A stretch of 64,000 nucleotides of DNA from an uncultured SAR86 cluster bacterium (GTDB taxonomy: Bacteria > Pseudomonadota > Gammaproteobacteria > Magnimaribacterales > D2472): positions 44 through 64,043 of the forward strand of contig CACNUQ010000005.1 in NCBI GenBank assembly GCA_902623685.1. The letters run 5' to 3'. Below, piece by piece: positions 28,760 through 39,499 of this stretch (its first letter is position 1; each line of letters starts with the position of its first letter). Both the position numbers and the translations under genes were made by a program. Under the pieces are notes generated by a model. That model was not told the origin of the DNA. It ran no database searches and saw nothing but the letters and a program-made list of their open reading frames with translations.

Positions 28760-30145
28760 ATGAAATATAGGATTGAAAAAGACACAATGGGCGAAGTAAA
28801 AGTCCCAAAAGATGCCCTATGGGGCGCACAAACCCAGCGTGCATTAGAAAACTTTAAGATTAGTGGAATTAAGTTCGTCTTTCCATTTGGAAGAAGTTTC
28901 ATAGAGGCTTTGGGAATCATCAAATATGCCGCGGCTTCATCAAATCATAAACTTAAACTGCTTGATGCAAGAAAAGCCAAAGCAATAAAAATTGCTGCAA
29001 AGGAAGTTATTTCAGGTAAACATGATAATCAATTTCCACTTGATGTTTTTCAAACTGGCTCTGGCACAAGCACAAATATGAATGCAAATGAAGTAATTGC
29101 CAATTTAGCCTCTAAAAAAGCTCGTATTAAAATTAATCCAAATGATCATGTAAACATGAGTCAAAGTAGCAATGATGTGATCCCAACTGCAATTTGTATT
29201 TCTGCTTTATTAGATACACATAGACTATTGCAGCCATCACTAAATTTTTTAATAAAGACTATTGATAAGAAAGCTTTATCTTTAAAGGGCCAAATTAAAA
29301 CTGGAAGGACTCACCTCATGGATGCTATGCCAATTGATTTTTCTCAAGAATTATCAGGATGGAGCGCTCAATTAAAAATTTGTCAGGCATCACTCAAAGC
29401 TTCTATAAAAGAAATATCCTCTCTTCCTCAAGGTGGAACTGCAATCGGTACGGGTGTAAATGCCCATAGAGATTTTGGAAAAATATTTGCCTCAGAGGTA
29501 ACTAAAATATCAAAGCTTAAAGTAAAAACTTCATCAAATTACTTTCAATCACTTAGTGCTCAAGACTCTGCCGTCCAGCTTTCCTCAAGTGTAAAAAATT
29601 TGAGTTTAGTTTTAACAAAAATTTCAAATGATCTGCGCTGGATGAACAGCGGCCCATTAACAGGTTTAGGCGAAATAGAACTTGAAGCATTACAGCCTGG
29701 AAGCAGTATTATGCCTGGGAAAGTTAATCCCGTTATACCTGAAGCAGTTGCAATGGCCTGTGCAGATGTTATTGGAAATGATGTTACGGTTTCAATTGCA
29801 AGTCAGTCAGGTAATTTTCAATTAAATGTAATGCTTCCAGTTATTGCATATAACTTACTCAAAAGTATTAGTTTAATGTCAAAATCCATGCCTATTTTGG
29901 CAAATAAAGCTATAAAAACTTTCAAGATAAATAAAAAAAATATTGCTGAATCTTTAGGAATGAATCCTATTTTAGTAACAGCATTGAATAGAGAAATTGG
30001 ATATGAAAAAGCAGCACATATTGCTAAAAAGGCTTATAAAGAAAAAAGATCAATAGTTGATGTTGCACATGAGGAAACTAGCTTGTCAATTTCAAAATTA
30101 AAAACATTATTAAATCCTGCAAAACTTACTAAGGGTGGTATATGA
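28760..30145 (+). CDS. fumC: Class II fumarate hydratase
   Basis: MGEVKVPKDALWGAQTQRALENF, QTGSGTSTNMNANEV, signature GSSIMPGKVNP, SQSGNFQLNV. Confidence 0.95.
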   Translation: MKYRIEKDTMGEVKVPKDALWGAQTQRALENFKISGIKFVFPFGRSFIEALGIIKYAAASSNHKLKLLDARKAKAIKIAAKEVISGKHDNQFPLDVFQTGSGTSTNMNANEVIANLASKKARIKINPNDHVNMSQSSNDVIPTAICISALLDTHRLLQPSLNFLIKTIDKKALSLKGQIKTGRTHLMDAMPIDFSQELSGWSAQLKICQASLKASIKEISSLPQGGTAIGTGVNAHRDFGKIFASEVTKISKLKVKTSSNYFQSLSAQDSAVQLSSSVKNLSLVLTKISNDLRWMNSGPLTGLGEIELEALQPGSSIMPGKVNPVIPEAVAMACADVIGNDVTVSIASQSGNFQLNVMLPVIAYNLLKSISLMSKSMPILANKAIKTFKINKKNIAESLGMNPILVTALNREIGYEKAAHIAKKAYKEKRSIVDVAHEETSLSISKLKTLLNPAKLTKGGI

Positions 30146-30489
30146 GCAGGCTAATTGAAAAAAAATGTACTGCTTGCGAGTTAGGCGCGCCATTAGTTCC
30201 TGATGAGCAACAAAAAGATTTGCTAAAAGATCTAGAGGGCTGGTTAATAGAAAGATCAGATATTTCAAAACTTGTAAAAACATTTAAGTTTGGTGATTAT
30301 GCTAAAACGATTAAATTTGTAAATTTAATTGCAGAGCTATCAGAATTTGAAGATCATCATCCAAAAATAACCGTTGAGTGGGGTAAAGTATACTTAGAGT
30401 GGTGGTCGCACAAAATACAAGGTCTTCATATGAATGATTTTATTTGTGCAGCCAAATCAGATGAAATTTTCTTATCTATCGAGCAATAA
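30142..30489 (+). CDS. phhB: Pterin-4a-carbinolamine dehydratase
   Basis: 115 aa. EFEDHHPKITVEWGKVYLEWWSH matches the PCD [DE]-x-HHP motif. ATGA overlap with the fumC stop. Confidence 0.8.
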   Translation: MSRLIEKKCTACELGAPLVPDEQQKDLLKDLEGWLIERSDISKLVKTFKFGDYAKTIKFVNLIAELSEFEDHHPKITVEWGKVYLEWWSHKIQGLHMNDFICAAKSDEIFLSIEQ

Positions 30490-30569
30490 TTAACTTTTTA
30501 TATTAGTAACCTGATTTTGTTTATGATTGTTTATCTTTTTTTCAATAACAGCATGAGTTATAATCCGTT

Positions 30570-32033
30570 ATGGAAAAGATCAAACATAAAGCCCTAACAT
30601 TTGATGATGTATTGCTTCTACCGAGGTATACAGATTTCCTTCCTGCCCAAGCTGAGTTAGAGACCAAAGTTTCAAAAAACATTTCTTTGAAAATTCCATT
30701 AGTGTCTGCAGCAATGGATACCGTAACAGAGGCTGCAATGGCTATTGCATTGGCTGAAAACGGCGGTATTGGAATAATTCATAAAAATAACACCATTGAA
30801 GATCAGGCTTTAGAAATTAGAACCGTTAAAAAATATGAAAGTGGCGTTGTACGAGATCCTACAACCATTAGATCAACTAAAACTATCGATGAATTAATGA
30901 AGCTAACTAACGAACTGAGTATTTCTGGAATGCCTGTTGTTGATGATGGAAAGTTAATGGGAATTGTGACCAGAAGAGATTTTAGATACGCGGAGGATTT
31001 ATCTGCTTTGGTTTCTTCGATCATGACCCCGCGAGAAAAATTAATTACTGTTAAAGAAGGTTTTGATCAGGAAGATGTAAAAAAATTAATGTACAACAAT
31101 CGAATTGAAAAAATTCTTGTTATTAACGAAGAAGACTCATTAACTGGTCTCGTGACGATGAAGGACATTGATAAATCTGCAGAACATCCGTTCGCAACAA
31201 AAGATTCTAGAGGGCAACTGCAAGTTGGTGCTGCCCTTGGGACTGGTGGCGATACTTTAGAGAGGGCGTCAGCATTATCAGATGCAGGAGTCGATTTATT
31301 TGTCATTGATAGTGCTCATGGTCATTCCAAAAATGTATTAGAAACAATCAAGAACATAAAAAACAAATTCCCTGAAATAGACATAATGGGTGGAAATGTT
31401 GCAACTCCAGAAGGAGCTGAAGCGCTCATAGATGCTGGAGTGGATTCGGTTAAAATTGGGATGGGTCCAGGATCAATCTGTACAACTAGAATTATTGCAG
31501 GCATTGGAGTCCCTCAAATTACCGCTATTCTTTCTATAAAGGAAAAGCTTAAGTCTAATAACATCCCCTTAATTGCAGATGGAGGCATTAGATTTTCTGG
31601 AGATATAGCTAAAGCAATTGCAGCCGGGGCAAATGCTGTGATGTTAGGAGGAATATTCGCTGGAACTGAAGAGGCTCCAGGTGAGTTGGAGCTTTTTCAG
31701 GGTCGAAGTTTTAAGACATACAGAGGGATGGGTTCAATTGGCGCCATGTCTGAAAGAAACGATTTAAATAGATATTCTCAAGATGGAGTGAGCACTGAAA
31801 AAATGGTCCCAGAAGGTGTTGAAGGTAGGGTTCCATTCAAGGGCTGGGTTGTAAATGTTATTGATCAGTTAATTGGAGGCATTAGACAGAGTATGGGATA
31901 CGTTGGTTGTAAATCAATCGAAGAAATGCACAATGATACTCAATTTGTTGAAATTACAAATGCTGGAATTACCGAGAGCCATGTTCATGATGTCATGATC
32001 ACGAAAGAAGCACCAAACTATCAAAGAAGTTAA
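30570..32033 (+). CDS. guaB: IMP dehydrogenase
   Basis: [13 protein letters not shown] pair region, catalytic loop [28 protein letters not shown]. Confidence 0.97.
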   Translation: MEKIKHKALTFDDVLLLPRYTDFLPAQAELETKVSKNISLKIPLVSAAMDTVTEAAMAIALAENGGIGIIHKNNTIEDQALEIRTVKKYESGVVRDPTTIRSTKTIDELMKLTNELSISGMPVVDDGKLMGIVTRRDFRYAEDLSALVSSIMTPREKLITVKEGFDQEDVKKLMYNNRIEKILVINEEDSLTGLVTMKDIDKSAEHPFATKDSRGQLQVGAALGTGGDTLERASALSDAGVDLFVIDSAHGHSKNVLETIKNIKNKFPEIDIMGGNVATPEGAEALIDAGVDSVKIGMGPGSICTTRIIAGIGVPQITAILSIKEKLKSNNIPLIADGGIRFSGDIAKAIAAGANAVMLGGIFAGTEEAPGELELFQGRSFKTYRGMGSIGAMSERNDLNRYSQDGVSTEKMVPEGVEGRVPFKGWVVNVIDQLIGGIRQSMGYVGCKSIEEMHNDTQFVEITNAGITESHVHDVMITKEAPNYQRS

Positions 32034-32043
32034 TTAAAAATTA

Positions 32044-33342
32044 TTATAAAAATAAAAATTTAGATAGAAAAATCATAGTTAAAAACCATGCTCCCGAAGA
32101 TATTTTTTTAAATTGACCAGATGCAATTTTTAAAACCACATAAGATATAAACCCAAGAGCAATTCCATTTGCAATAGAAAAAGTTAAAGGGATCATTACA
32201 ATAATTATTAGTGCTGGTAAAAGCTCAGAAGAATCTGACCAGTTTAATTTTTCCATTCCGCTCATCATTAATATAGCAACATAAATTAGTGCCCCTGCAG
32301 TAGCATGAGCTGGAATTATGCTTGCTAAAGGTGAGAAAAATACTGCGATTAAGAATAAAAAACCGACGGTTACAGCGGTTAACCCAGTTCTTCCTCCAGC
32401 CTCAACTCCTGCTGAGCTCTCAACATAGCTTGTAACAGGCGCACACCCTAAAAATGCTCCAAAAGCACTAGACGAGCTATCAGCCTTTAGAGCTTTATCA
32501 AGATTATGAATATTGCCATCTTCATCAACTAATCTTGCTTGGTTAGCTACCCCTAGAAGAGTTCCAGCAGTATCAAATAGATTCACAAACAAGAAAGACA
32601 TAATTACGCTTATCATGGCTAAATCTAGCGCTCCTAATATGTCTAACTTCATAAATACCGGCATAAAAGCTGGAGGATAGGAAATTAAACCCTGAAATTG
32701 AACAATGCCAACAAAAATTGATATAAGTGTAACCATCATCACACCTATCAGTATTGCCCCAGGAATTCTTCTTACTGCTAAAATTGCTATCAAAAGAAAA
32801 CCGAGCATTGCAAGCAGGGTCTCAACTTTCAGCAAATCACCAATACTTATAAGAGTGGCTTCATTTGAAACTATGATTCCCCCATTTTTTAATCCAATGA
32901 ATCCAATGAAGAGACCTACTCCTGATCCCATGGCAATTCTCAGATTCATAGGGATACTTTCTAACATCCACTGTCTTATAGGAGTAACACTCATTATCCA
33001 AAATAAAATACCTGCAAGAAATACTGCGCCAAGAGCAATTTCCCACGTGTAACCCATTTCTCCGACCACTGTATAGGTAAAGAAAGCATTGAGTCCCATT
33101 CCAGGAGCTAATCCAATTGGCCAATTTGAATAAAACCCCATTGCAATGCATGCAATAGCTGCAGCAACACAAGTACCTACAAAACTTGCCCCAAGATCCA
33201 TACCAGTAGAGGACATCATTTGCGGATTGACAAAAATTATGTAAGCCATCGTAATGAAGGTAGTAAACCCAGCCAGCAGTTCAGTTTGAATATTTGTATT
33301 GGATTCTTTTAATTTAAATAATTTTTCAAGCATTAAATTCAA
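32044..33342 (-). CDS. NCS2/AzgA-family purine (adenine/guanine/hypoxanthine) permease
   Basis: The N-terminus (LEKLFKLKESNTNIQTELLAGFTTFITMAYIIFVNPQ ... GLAPGMGLNAFFTY) is collinear with E. coli GhxP/AdeQ-type permeases as I recall them. Polytopic. Confidence 0.9.
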   Translation of the reverse strand: MNLMLEKLFKLKESNTNIQTELLAGFTTFITMAYIIFVNPQMMSSTGMDLGASFVGTCVAAAIACIAMGFYSNWPIGLAPGMGLNAFFTYTVVGEMGYTWEIALGAVFLAGILFWIMSVTPIRQWMLESIPMNLRIAMGSGVGLFIGFIGLKNGGIIVSNEATLISIGDLLKVETLLAMLGFLLIAILAVRRIPGAILIGVMMVTLISIFVGIVQFQGLISYPPAFMPVFMKLDILGALDLAMISVIMSFLFVNLFDTAGTLLGVANQARLVDEDGNIHNLDKALKADSSSSAFGAFLGCAPVTSYVESSAGVEAGGRTGLTAVTVGFLFLIAVFFSPLASIIPAHATAGALIYVAILMMSGMEKLNWSDSSELLPALIIIVMIPLTFSIANGIALGFISYVVLKIASGQFKKISSGAWFLTMIFLSKFLFL

Positions 33343-33551
33343 TATTTCTATTTAAAAATTTAGTTTACAACTTATACTATTACATTGTTATAAGTTCATA
33401 GATAACTTAAGGCAAAAAATTAAATTAAGTTGCAAATTTAATGCTAATTTAAGTCTAGATATATTTAATTTATTCTAATTTTTTGGCATAGATATTGCAT
33501 CTTATTAAATAATAAGATTTTAGAAATCTTTAACAAAACCTGGGGCATTCA

Positions 33552-35891
33552 ATGAACTACAACATACTCTACAAACAAATTTTACTAATTGTTTCTTTCC
33601 TTTTTTTCTGGACCTATGCATTTGCTCAAGAAAATGCTATTGAAGAAGTCTTTGTTACTGCAGAAAAAAGGTCAGAAAGCGTTCAAGATATTTCTCAGGC
33701 TGTAACAGCTATAAGTAGTGACGAAATTGAGTCTAAAAACATAACCTCCTTTGTTGATTTAAGTGCGATTGTGCCTGGAGTGACAGTCGCAAAAAATGAA
33801 GGCTACAAAACTGTTATCTCAATTAGAGGTGTTGGAAACGAAACAAACCAAAACGCAATTGCTGCGCCATCCGTTGCTTTTCATATGGATGGTATTTTTA
33901 TCGCATCTCCGTTTTCCCTGCAAACAGATTTCATTGATGTAGATAGAATTGAGGTTCTTCGAGGACCGCAAGGTACGCTTTTTGGTCAAAACTCAACTGG
34001 TGGAGTTATTAATGTTGTAAGCAAGAAGCCTTCCATGGAAGGCTATTCTGGAAAATCAGACATTACTTTCGGTAATTATGGGCTAACAAAATTTCGATCT
34101 TCCAATAATTTTGTTTTAAGCGATTCAACTGCTGCAAGATTTTCAATCTCCACGACTGATAGAGATGGATTTAGCGATAATTTAGTTACAGGACAGGACT
34201 TAGATGATGATAGCAATATTAGCTTACGCGCTGATTTCCTTATTGATCTTGGCGACAACTCCTCCCTGAGATTTTTTGGTCAATACTTTGATGTTGATAG
34301 AAATGGCTCAGCAATGAAAGGCATCGATGATCCTACACCTAATCCAAGAGATTTAAGGCAAGACTCAGTATCAAATCATGAATTAACCTCTTCTGTTTTT
34401 GCGGCGATCTATGAAAATGATCTTGGTTTCGCAAATCTTAAGATAATGGCAAGTGTTCAAGAGGATGATATTTCAGTTACTAGAGATAATGATCGTCATA
34501 ATTATGGTGATCTAATGATTACGATACCTGGTTTTCCAGCCGATGCGACATATCAAAGGGCGGAATTTCGTCCAGAAACATCTCTTGTAGATACAACAAC
34601 TTTTGAAATAAATCTAGTATCTAATGAACCCGCAATGAATGGGAAGCTCGATTGGACTATTGGTGCTTTTTATATGGAGCATGAAATAGAAAATCATATT
34701 GTCGGCTACCTAGATGACGATAGAAATGGTGAGATTCAATATATTTGTGGTGAATCATATGCCAATAGTGATTATTGTTATCCACTTGATTCACCTCTGC
34801 CATGGTTTTTCTTTGAGTTTGATTTTGTTTCTGATGCATATCCAACAAGGGAGTCATATTCTATATACGGTGAAACATCTTATTCTCTATCAGATCAAGT
34901 TCGTTTTATAAGTGGGCTTCGTTATATTGAGGACGAAGTTGAAAGTTGCGTTAAGAATTTTTTTACCACAGTTTGTGACAATCTTTTTGGAAGTTCAGAA
35001 GAGACAACAGGAAAAGTTGCTCTAGAATATGACGTAGACGACGACACGATGGTCTACGCATCTTTCACCTCAGGATCTAAACCTGGCGGCACAAATTTAA
35101 CATATGGATATACAACACAAGCTGAACTTAATGCTGCCTTTTTATTCACTTCACCATTAGTTGATCCATTGGTTTTTAGAACCTTTGAAGCAGAGGCTGT
35201 GGATTCAATGGAATTTGGTTTAAAAACTGATTTATATGATGGCAGAGCTAGAGCAAACATAGCAATTTTTTCTTATGATTATGAAAACCTTCAATTCCAG
35301 GCAACTGATCCTGATCCATATCGAGGTGGTGTTGCCAATATTCCTGAGTCAGAAATGTCTGGTGTAGAAATCGAGTTTACCGGTTTAGTTTCAGATCAAT
35401 TAACTTTTGATATGAATCTAGCTTTTCTTGATTCAGAAGTATCTTCAGATTATGAAGCCTTAGACAACGTCACAGCATATCAATATTTTTGGGGTGAGGA
35501 AGACTTAAGGCTCGGTCTAAGAACAAATATAAAAGGAAACGAGCTTGCTAAAACCCCAGAATTTACTGCCGATGTTTCTTTGAAGTATGAGACTGTTATG
35601 TCATCAGGCACTCTTTTCACGGGAATTTTACAATATGTCAAAAGAGGTGAGTTTCAACAGAGAGTAAATAATAATCCATTAGTTGATTCTATTGATGCCT
35701 ACGATATCTTAAATTTAACTGCTAGCTTTGATTTTGTTGGAGATAAATGGGGCCTCGATTTAATGATTTTAAATGCTTCTGATGAAGATGGAGTTAACTC
35801 AAGCATGACTGATGTTTTTGGTGTTGCTGCTACAGGCATAGAGTTGATACCACCCAGGCAAATCATGGCTCGATTAAGCATGAATTATTGA
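33552..35891 (+). CDS. TonB-dependent outer-membrane receptor
   Basis: Signal peptide, plug domain (IEEVFVTAEKRSESVQDISQAV, IEVLRGPQGTLFGQNSTGGVINV), and a long beta-barrel ending in an aromatic residue. Confidence 0.9.
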   Translation: MNYNILYKQILLIVSFLFFWTYAFAQENAIEEVFVTAEKRSESVQDISQAVTAISSDEIESKNITSFVDLSAIVPGVTVAKNEGYKTVISIRGVGNETNQNAIAAPSVAFHMDGIFIASPFSLQTDFIDVDRIEVLRGPQGTLFGQNSTGGVINVVSKKPSMEGYSGKSDITFGNYGLTKFRSSNNFVLSDSTAARFSISTTDRDGFSDNLVTGQDLDDDSNISLRADFLIDLGDNSSLRFFGQYFDVDRNGSAMKGIDDPTPNPRDLRQDSVSNHELTSSVFAAIYENDLGFANLKIMASVQEDDISVTRDNDRHNYGDLMITIPGFPADATYQRAEFRPETSLVDTTTFEINLVSNEPAMNGKLDWTIGAFYMEHEIENHIVGYLDDDRNGEIQYICGESYANSDYCYPLDSPLPWFFFEFDFVSDAYPTRESYSIYGETSYSLSDQVRFISGLRYIEDEVESCVKNFFTTVCDNLFGSSEETTGKVALEYDVDDDTMVYASFTSGSKPGGTNLTYGYTTQAELNAAFLFTSPLVDPLVFRTFEAEAVDSMEFGLKTDLYDGRARANIAIFSYDYENLQFQATDPDPYRGGVANIPESEMSGVEIEFTGLVSDQLTFDMNLAFLDSEVSSDYEALDNVTAYQYFWGEEDLRLGLRTNIKGNELAKTPEFTADVSLKYETVMSSGTLFTGILQYVKRGEFQQRVNNNPLVDSIDAYDILNLTASFDFVGDKWGLDLMILNASDEDGVNSSMTDVFGVAATGIELIPPRQIMARLSMNY

Positions 35892-35948
35892 TTTAATTTA
35901 TTAAAACTTTAATCTCATGATCAAATTTTAAATTTGATATAATCCAAC

Positions 35949-36518
35949 ATGGATAAATTATTCATACAACCAGCAGAATTGCTGGAAGACTCTTTTAAAC
36001 TAGCTTGGCAAGTATATGAAGGCGGATATCGACCCAACTATATTATTGGAGTATGGAGAGGAGGCTCTCCAATAGGAATCGCAGTACAAGAATTTCTCAA
36101 TATATTAAAAGTGCCTTCCGATCATATTGCAATTAGAACCTCTCACTATAAAGGCATTGGACAAACTCATGACAGCATTCAAGTTTTTGGTTTAAATTAC
36201 ATCATAAAAAAGGTCGTGGCCGAAGATTCTGTTTTAATTGTCGATGATGTACACGACACTGGTCTATCAATTCAACAAATAATATCTGATCTTAAAACTG
36301 CTTGTAAAAGAAATACTCCTGAAATTAAAGTCGCAACAACTTTTTTTAAACCCTCAAAGAATAAGACAGATTCAAAACCTGATTTTTATATACATGAAAC
36401 CGACAAATGGCTTATTTTTCCTCATGAGCTTGAGGGACTGTCTTTTGATGAAATTTCCTCAAATAAACCAGCCTCAAAGGACTTTATAAAAAAATTAAAA
36501 CCTTTTATAGATAAATAA
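35949..36518 (+). CDS. Purine phosphoribosyltransferase-family protein
   Basis: PRPP-binding motif VLIVDDVHDTGLS. 189 aa. It lies between the receptor and guaA. Confidence 0.7.
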   Translation: MDKLFIQPAELLEDSFKLAWQVYEGGYRPNYIIGVWRGGSPIGIAVQEFLNILKVPSDHIAIRTSHYKGIGQTHDSIQVFGLNYIIKKVVAEDSVLIVDDVHDTGLSIQQIISDLKTACKRNTPEIKVATTFFKPSKNKTDSKPDFYIHETDKWLIFPHELEGLSFDEISSNKPASKDFIKKLKPFIDK

Positions 36519-36571
36519 AGATTTTTAAAAGTTTAATTTATAATATTTACTAAATTAATCAGATATTATTA

Positions 36572-38155
36572 ATGACCGATTCTGGCAATCTCTCTTTAGA
36601 TCAAAAAAATATTGATACGATTTTAGTATTAGACTTCGGTTCTCAATATACTCAACTTATTGCAAGAAGAGTAAGAGATTTTAATGTGTATTCAGTGATT
36701 CTTCCTTGGGATGTTTCTCTGGAAAAAATTAAAATCTTAAATCCAAAAGGAGTAATCCTTTCTGGTGGTCCTGAATCAGTTACCAAATCTAATACACCAA
36801 GAATTCCTGAAATAATATTTGAATTAAATATCCCAATTTTAGGTATTTGCTATGGAATGCAAACACTAGCAGAGCAATTTGGTGGACAGGTTTCCTCTTC
36901 AACTATAAAAGAATTTGGGCACGCCCAAATAACCTTAGAACAAACTTCACAGCTTTTTGATGGCTTTGGTTCCGGCACCCTTATCGATGTTTGGATGAGT
37001 CATGGTGACCATGTTTCAACTCTTCCTGACGAATTTAATCTAATTGCCTCCACTTCTTCAGCACCTGTGGCAGCTATGGAGCACATTGAAAAACCTATCT
37101 ATGCTTTGCAGTTTCATCCAGAGGTAACCCATACTGATCAAGGAAAAGCTATATTAGAGAATTTTGTATTCAAGATATGTGAATCTACTCCTCAATGGAG
37201 AATGGAGGATCTTATTGAACATAGAATTCAAGAAATCAAAGATAAAGTTGGTGATCAAAGAGTTTTATTGGGCCTGTCTGGCGGAGTTGATTCATCAGTA
37301 ACGGCAATTTTGTTGGATAAAGCTATTGGAAAAAATCTGATATGTGTATTTGTCGATAATGGATTACTTCGTAAAAATGAAGCAAAGGATGTTGAAAGTT
37401 TATTCAAAGAGAAAATGAATTTGAATCTTGTTGTAGTTGATGCAAAAAAGATTTTCTATAGGCATCTTAAAGGTATTACAGAGCCTGAGCAAAAAAGAAA
37501 AGTTATAGGAAGGACATTTATAGATATATTTGATAATGAAGCGGCTAAATTTAAGGATGAAATTAAATACTTAGCTCAGGGAACGATTTATCCAGATGTA
37601 ATTGAATCCTCAGACTCTGAGTCAAAAGAGGCGCGGGTAATTAAATCTCATCATAATGTTGGTGGATTACCTGAAGATATGAAAATGGAGCTTATTGAGC
37701 CATTAAGGGATTTGTTTAAAGATGAGGTAAGGAAAATGGGGGCTAAACTGGGACTTCCCTCAGAAATGCTTAATCGTCATCCTTTTCCAGGACCTGGATT
37801 AGGCGTAAGAATTTTAGGTGAAATTTGCAAAGACAAAGTTACTACTTTGCAAAATGCAGATGCGATTTTTATCGAAGAGCTTATTAAGGCTAATTTGTAC
37901 GATCAAGTAAGTCAGGCATTTTGTGCTTATCTCCCCATAAAATCTGTTGGAGTAGTTGGGGACGAAAGAAGATATGCAGATGTAATAGCTATTAGGGCAG
38001 TTGAAACAGTAGATTTTATGACTGCTGATTGGGCTAAGCTCCCTCATGATTTTTTAGCAGATGTTTCAAATCGTATTGTTAATGAGTTAGAAAACATTAG
38101 TAGGGTTGTTTATGATATTTCAAGTAAACCACCAGCCACCATTGAGTGGGAGTAA
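36572..38155 (+). CDS. guaA: GMP synthase (glutamine-hydrolysing)
   Basis: GATase domain ([15 protein letters not shown]), ATP-PPase P-loop ([11 protein letters not shown]) and C-terminal dimerisation domain ending in KPPATIEWE. Confidence 0.97.
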   Translation: MTDSGNLSLDQKNIDTILVLDFGSQYTQLIARRVRDFNVYSVILPWDVSLEKIKILNPKGVILSGGPESVTKSNTPRIPEIIFELNIPILGICYGMQTLAEQFGGQVSSSTIKEFGHAQITLEQTSQLFDGFGSGTLIDVWMSHGDHVSTLPDEFNLIASTSSAPVAAMEHIEKPIYALQFHPEVTHTDQGKAILENFVFKICESTPQWRMEDLIEHRIQEIKDKVGDQRVLLGLSGGVDSSVTAILLDKAIGKNLICVFVDNGLLRKNEAKDVESLFKEKMNLNLVVVDAKKIFYRHLKGITEPEQKRKVIGRTFIDIFDNEAAKFKDEIKYLAQGTIYPDVIESSDSESKEARVIKSHHNVGGLPEDMKMELIEPLRDLFKDEVRKMGAKLGLPSEMLNRHPFPGPGLGVRILGEICKDKVTTLQNADAIFIEELIKANLYDQVSQAFCAYLPIKSVGVVGDERRYADVIAIRAVETVDFMTADWAKLPHDFLADVSNRIVNELENISRVVYDISSKPPATIEWE

Positions 38156-38256
38156 ATAAGAATAAATTAGTTCTAATTGAAAGATTTTATTTAAAAAGTT
38201 AACCGATTAAAGCAATGTTTGATAACATAAAGTAAGAGCTTTTAAGGTGATATATT

Positions 38257-39249
38257 TTGCTAGTTAATGAAGATATAAAGTTAGATTATTCTGATGTCCT
38301 AATAAGACCTAAAAGATCTACAATGAGTTCTAGAGGAGAAGTAAATCTTGAAAGAACACACACTTTCCTCTGGAGTAAAAAAAAATGGACTGGGATTCCT
38401 ATTATGTCGGCCAACATGGACACAGTAGGAACTCCTGCAATGCATAATGTATTATCTAAATATAATTTAGTTACATGCCCAGCAAGGCATTATCTTAAAA
38501 AAAATCCAGAAAAATTTAAAAAAAGACAGTCAAATATTTGCTGGCTTGGTGGAATTGATGATATTTCTAAATTGTCAAAAACCTCAGGTGGCTTCATAGG
38601 ACTTGATGTTGCAAATGGATATACTATTAAATTTGTTGATGCTGTAAAAAAATTAAGGAAAAAGTGTCCAAATGCTACTATTGTTGCTGGGAATGTAGTT
38701 ACTGCTGATATGACGCAAGAGTTAATCCTTGCTGGTGCCGATATAGTAAAGGTTGGTATTGGTCCTGGCTCTGTCTGCACAACAAGAATCAAAACTGGAA
38801 TTGGCTATCCCCAATTAAGCGCCGTGATTGAATGTGCAGATGCAGCGCATGGTCTCGATGCACATATTATTGCTGATGGTGGTTGCACTAGTTCTGGAGA
38901 TATTGTTAAAGCATTTGCTGGCGGTGCCGATTTTGTGATGATAGGTGGAATGCTAGCTGGACACGATGAATGCAAGGGTAAGGTTGAGGATGGATTTATG
39001 AAATTCTATGGCATGGCTTCTGAATCTGCTATGAATAAGCACGGCAATCATAATTCCTATAGAGGCACAGAGGGTAAAACAGTTGTAGTAAAATATCGAG
39101 GAAAGGCAGATGATACAGTAAAAGATATTTTAAGTGGAATTCGATCTGCATGTACCTATGTTGGAGCGAATAAACTTAAAACACTGTCTAAATGCACAAC
39201 TTTTGTAAGAGTAAATAATACACATAACAAAATTTTTGGGGAAGAATAG
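38257..39249 (+). CDS. guaC: GMP reductase
   Basis: Collinear with E. coli GuaC as I recall it ([78 protein letters not shown]). TTG start preceded by AAGGTGA. Confidence 0.93.
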   Translation: MLVNEDIKLDYSDVLIRPKRSTMSSRGEVNLERTHTFLWSKKKWTGIPIMSANMDTVGTPAMHNVLSKYNLVTCPARHYLKKNPEKFKKRQSNICWLGGIDDISKLSKTSGGFIGLDVANGYTIKFVDAVKKLRKKCPNATIVAGNVVTADMTQELILAGADIVKVGIGPGSVCTTRIKTGIGYPQLSAVIECADAAHGLDAHIIADGGCTSSGDIVKAFAGGADFVMIGGMLAGHDECKGKVEDGFMKFYGMASESAMNKHGNHNSYRGTEGKTVVVKYRGKADDTVKDILSGIRSACTYVGANKLKTLSKCTTFVRVNNTHNKIFGEE

Positions 39250-39277
39250 TTTCTAATTTTTTCTTACAATTAAGTGA

Positions 39278-39487
39278 CCATAAGTTGTTGGAGATAAAAG
39301 GAGACATATGGATGTGAGGGTAATCAGGTCAGTTTAAACAGTAGATTTTTTGACTGCAACTTGGGCAAGGCTTCTATATAATTTTTTAGCACATGTTTCA
39401 AATCGTATAGTTAATGAGCTTGAAAATGTAAGTAGAGTGGTCTATGACATTTCAAGTAAACCTCCAGCTATAATAGAGTGGGAATAA
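39278..39487 (+). pseudogene. guaA: Truncated, decayed copy of the guaA 3' end
   Basis: It aligns to guaA 37935-38155. Over the last 156 nt it is gap-free, at about 80% identity by hand count. It ends in the same peptide ([16 protein letters not shown]). It has an in-frame TAA at 39335-39337 where guaA has GAA. Further 5' there are indels, and nothing upstream resembles guaA. Confidence 0.85.
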
Positions 39488-39499
39488 AGTTAAATAATT

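Noticed and set aside
32705-33172. 115-aa (+) and 103-aa (-) ORFs inside the NCS2 permease gene
   Set aside because: Both are nested in a gene whose product is collinear with known purine permeases. Their composition is typical of off-frame or antisense reads of a membrane-protein gene.
33369-33396. Inverted repeat AACTTATA-N12-TATAAGTT just upstream of the purine permease start. It could be an operator, and I also looked here for a purine riboswitch.
   Set aside because: An 8-bp A/T-rich palindrome is expected by chance in this composition. It does not resemble the PurR box. I found no purine-riboswitch core (conserved junction or loop sequences) anywhere in 33343-33551 or upstream of guaB.
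35920-35938. Hairpin ATCAAAT-TTTAA-ATTTGAT after the TonB-dependent receptor, a possible terminator
   Set aside because: The stem is almost all A/T and there is no T-tract. It is not distinguishable from background in this AT-rich DNA.
30570-39249. Similarity between guaB and guaC (shared GPGSICTTR / IADGG motifs) as a possible recent duplication
   Set aside because: This is the well-known ancient paralogy of IMP dehydrogenase and GMP reductase. guaC lacks the CBS insert and matches GuaC specifically.
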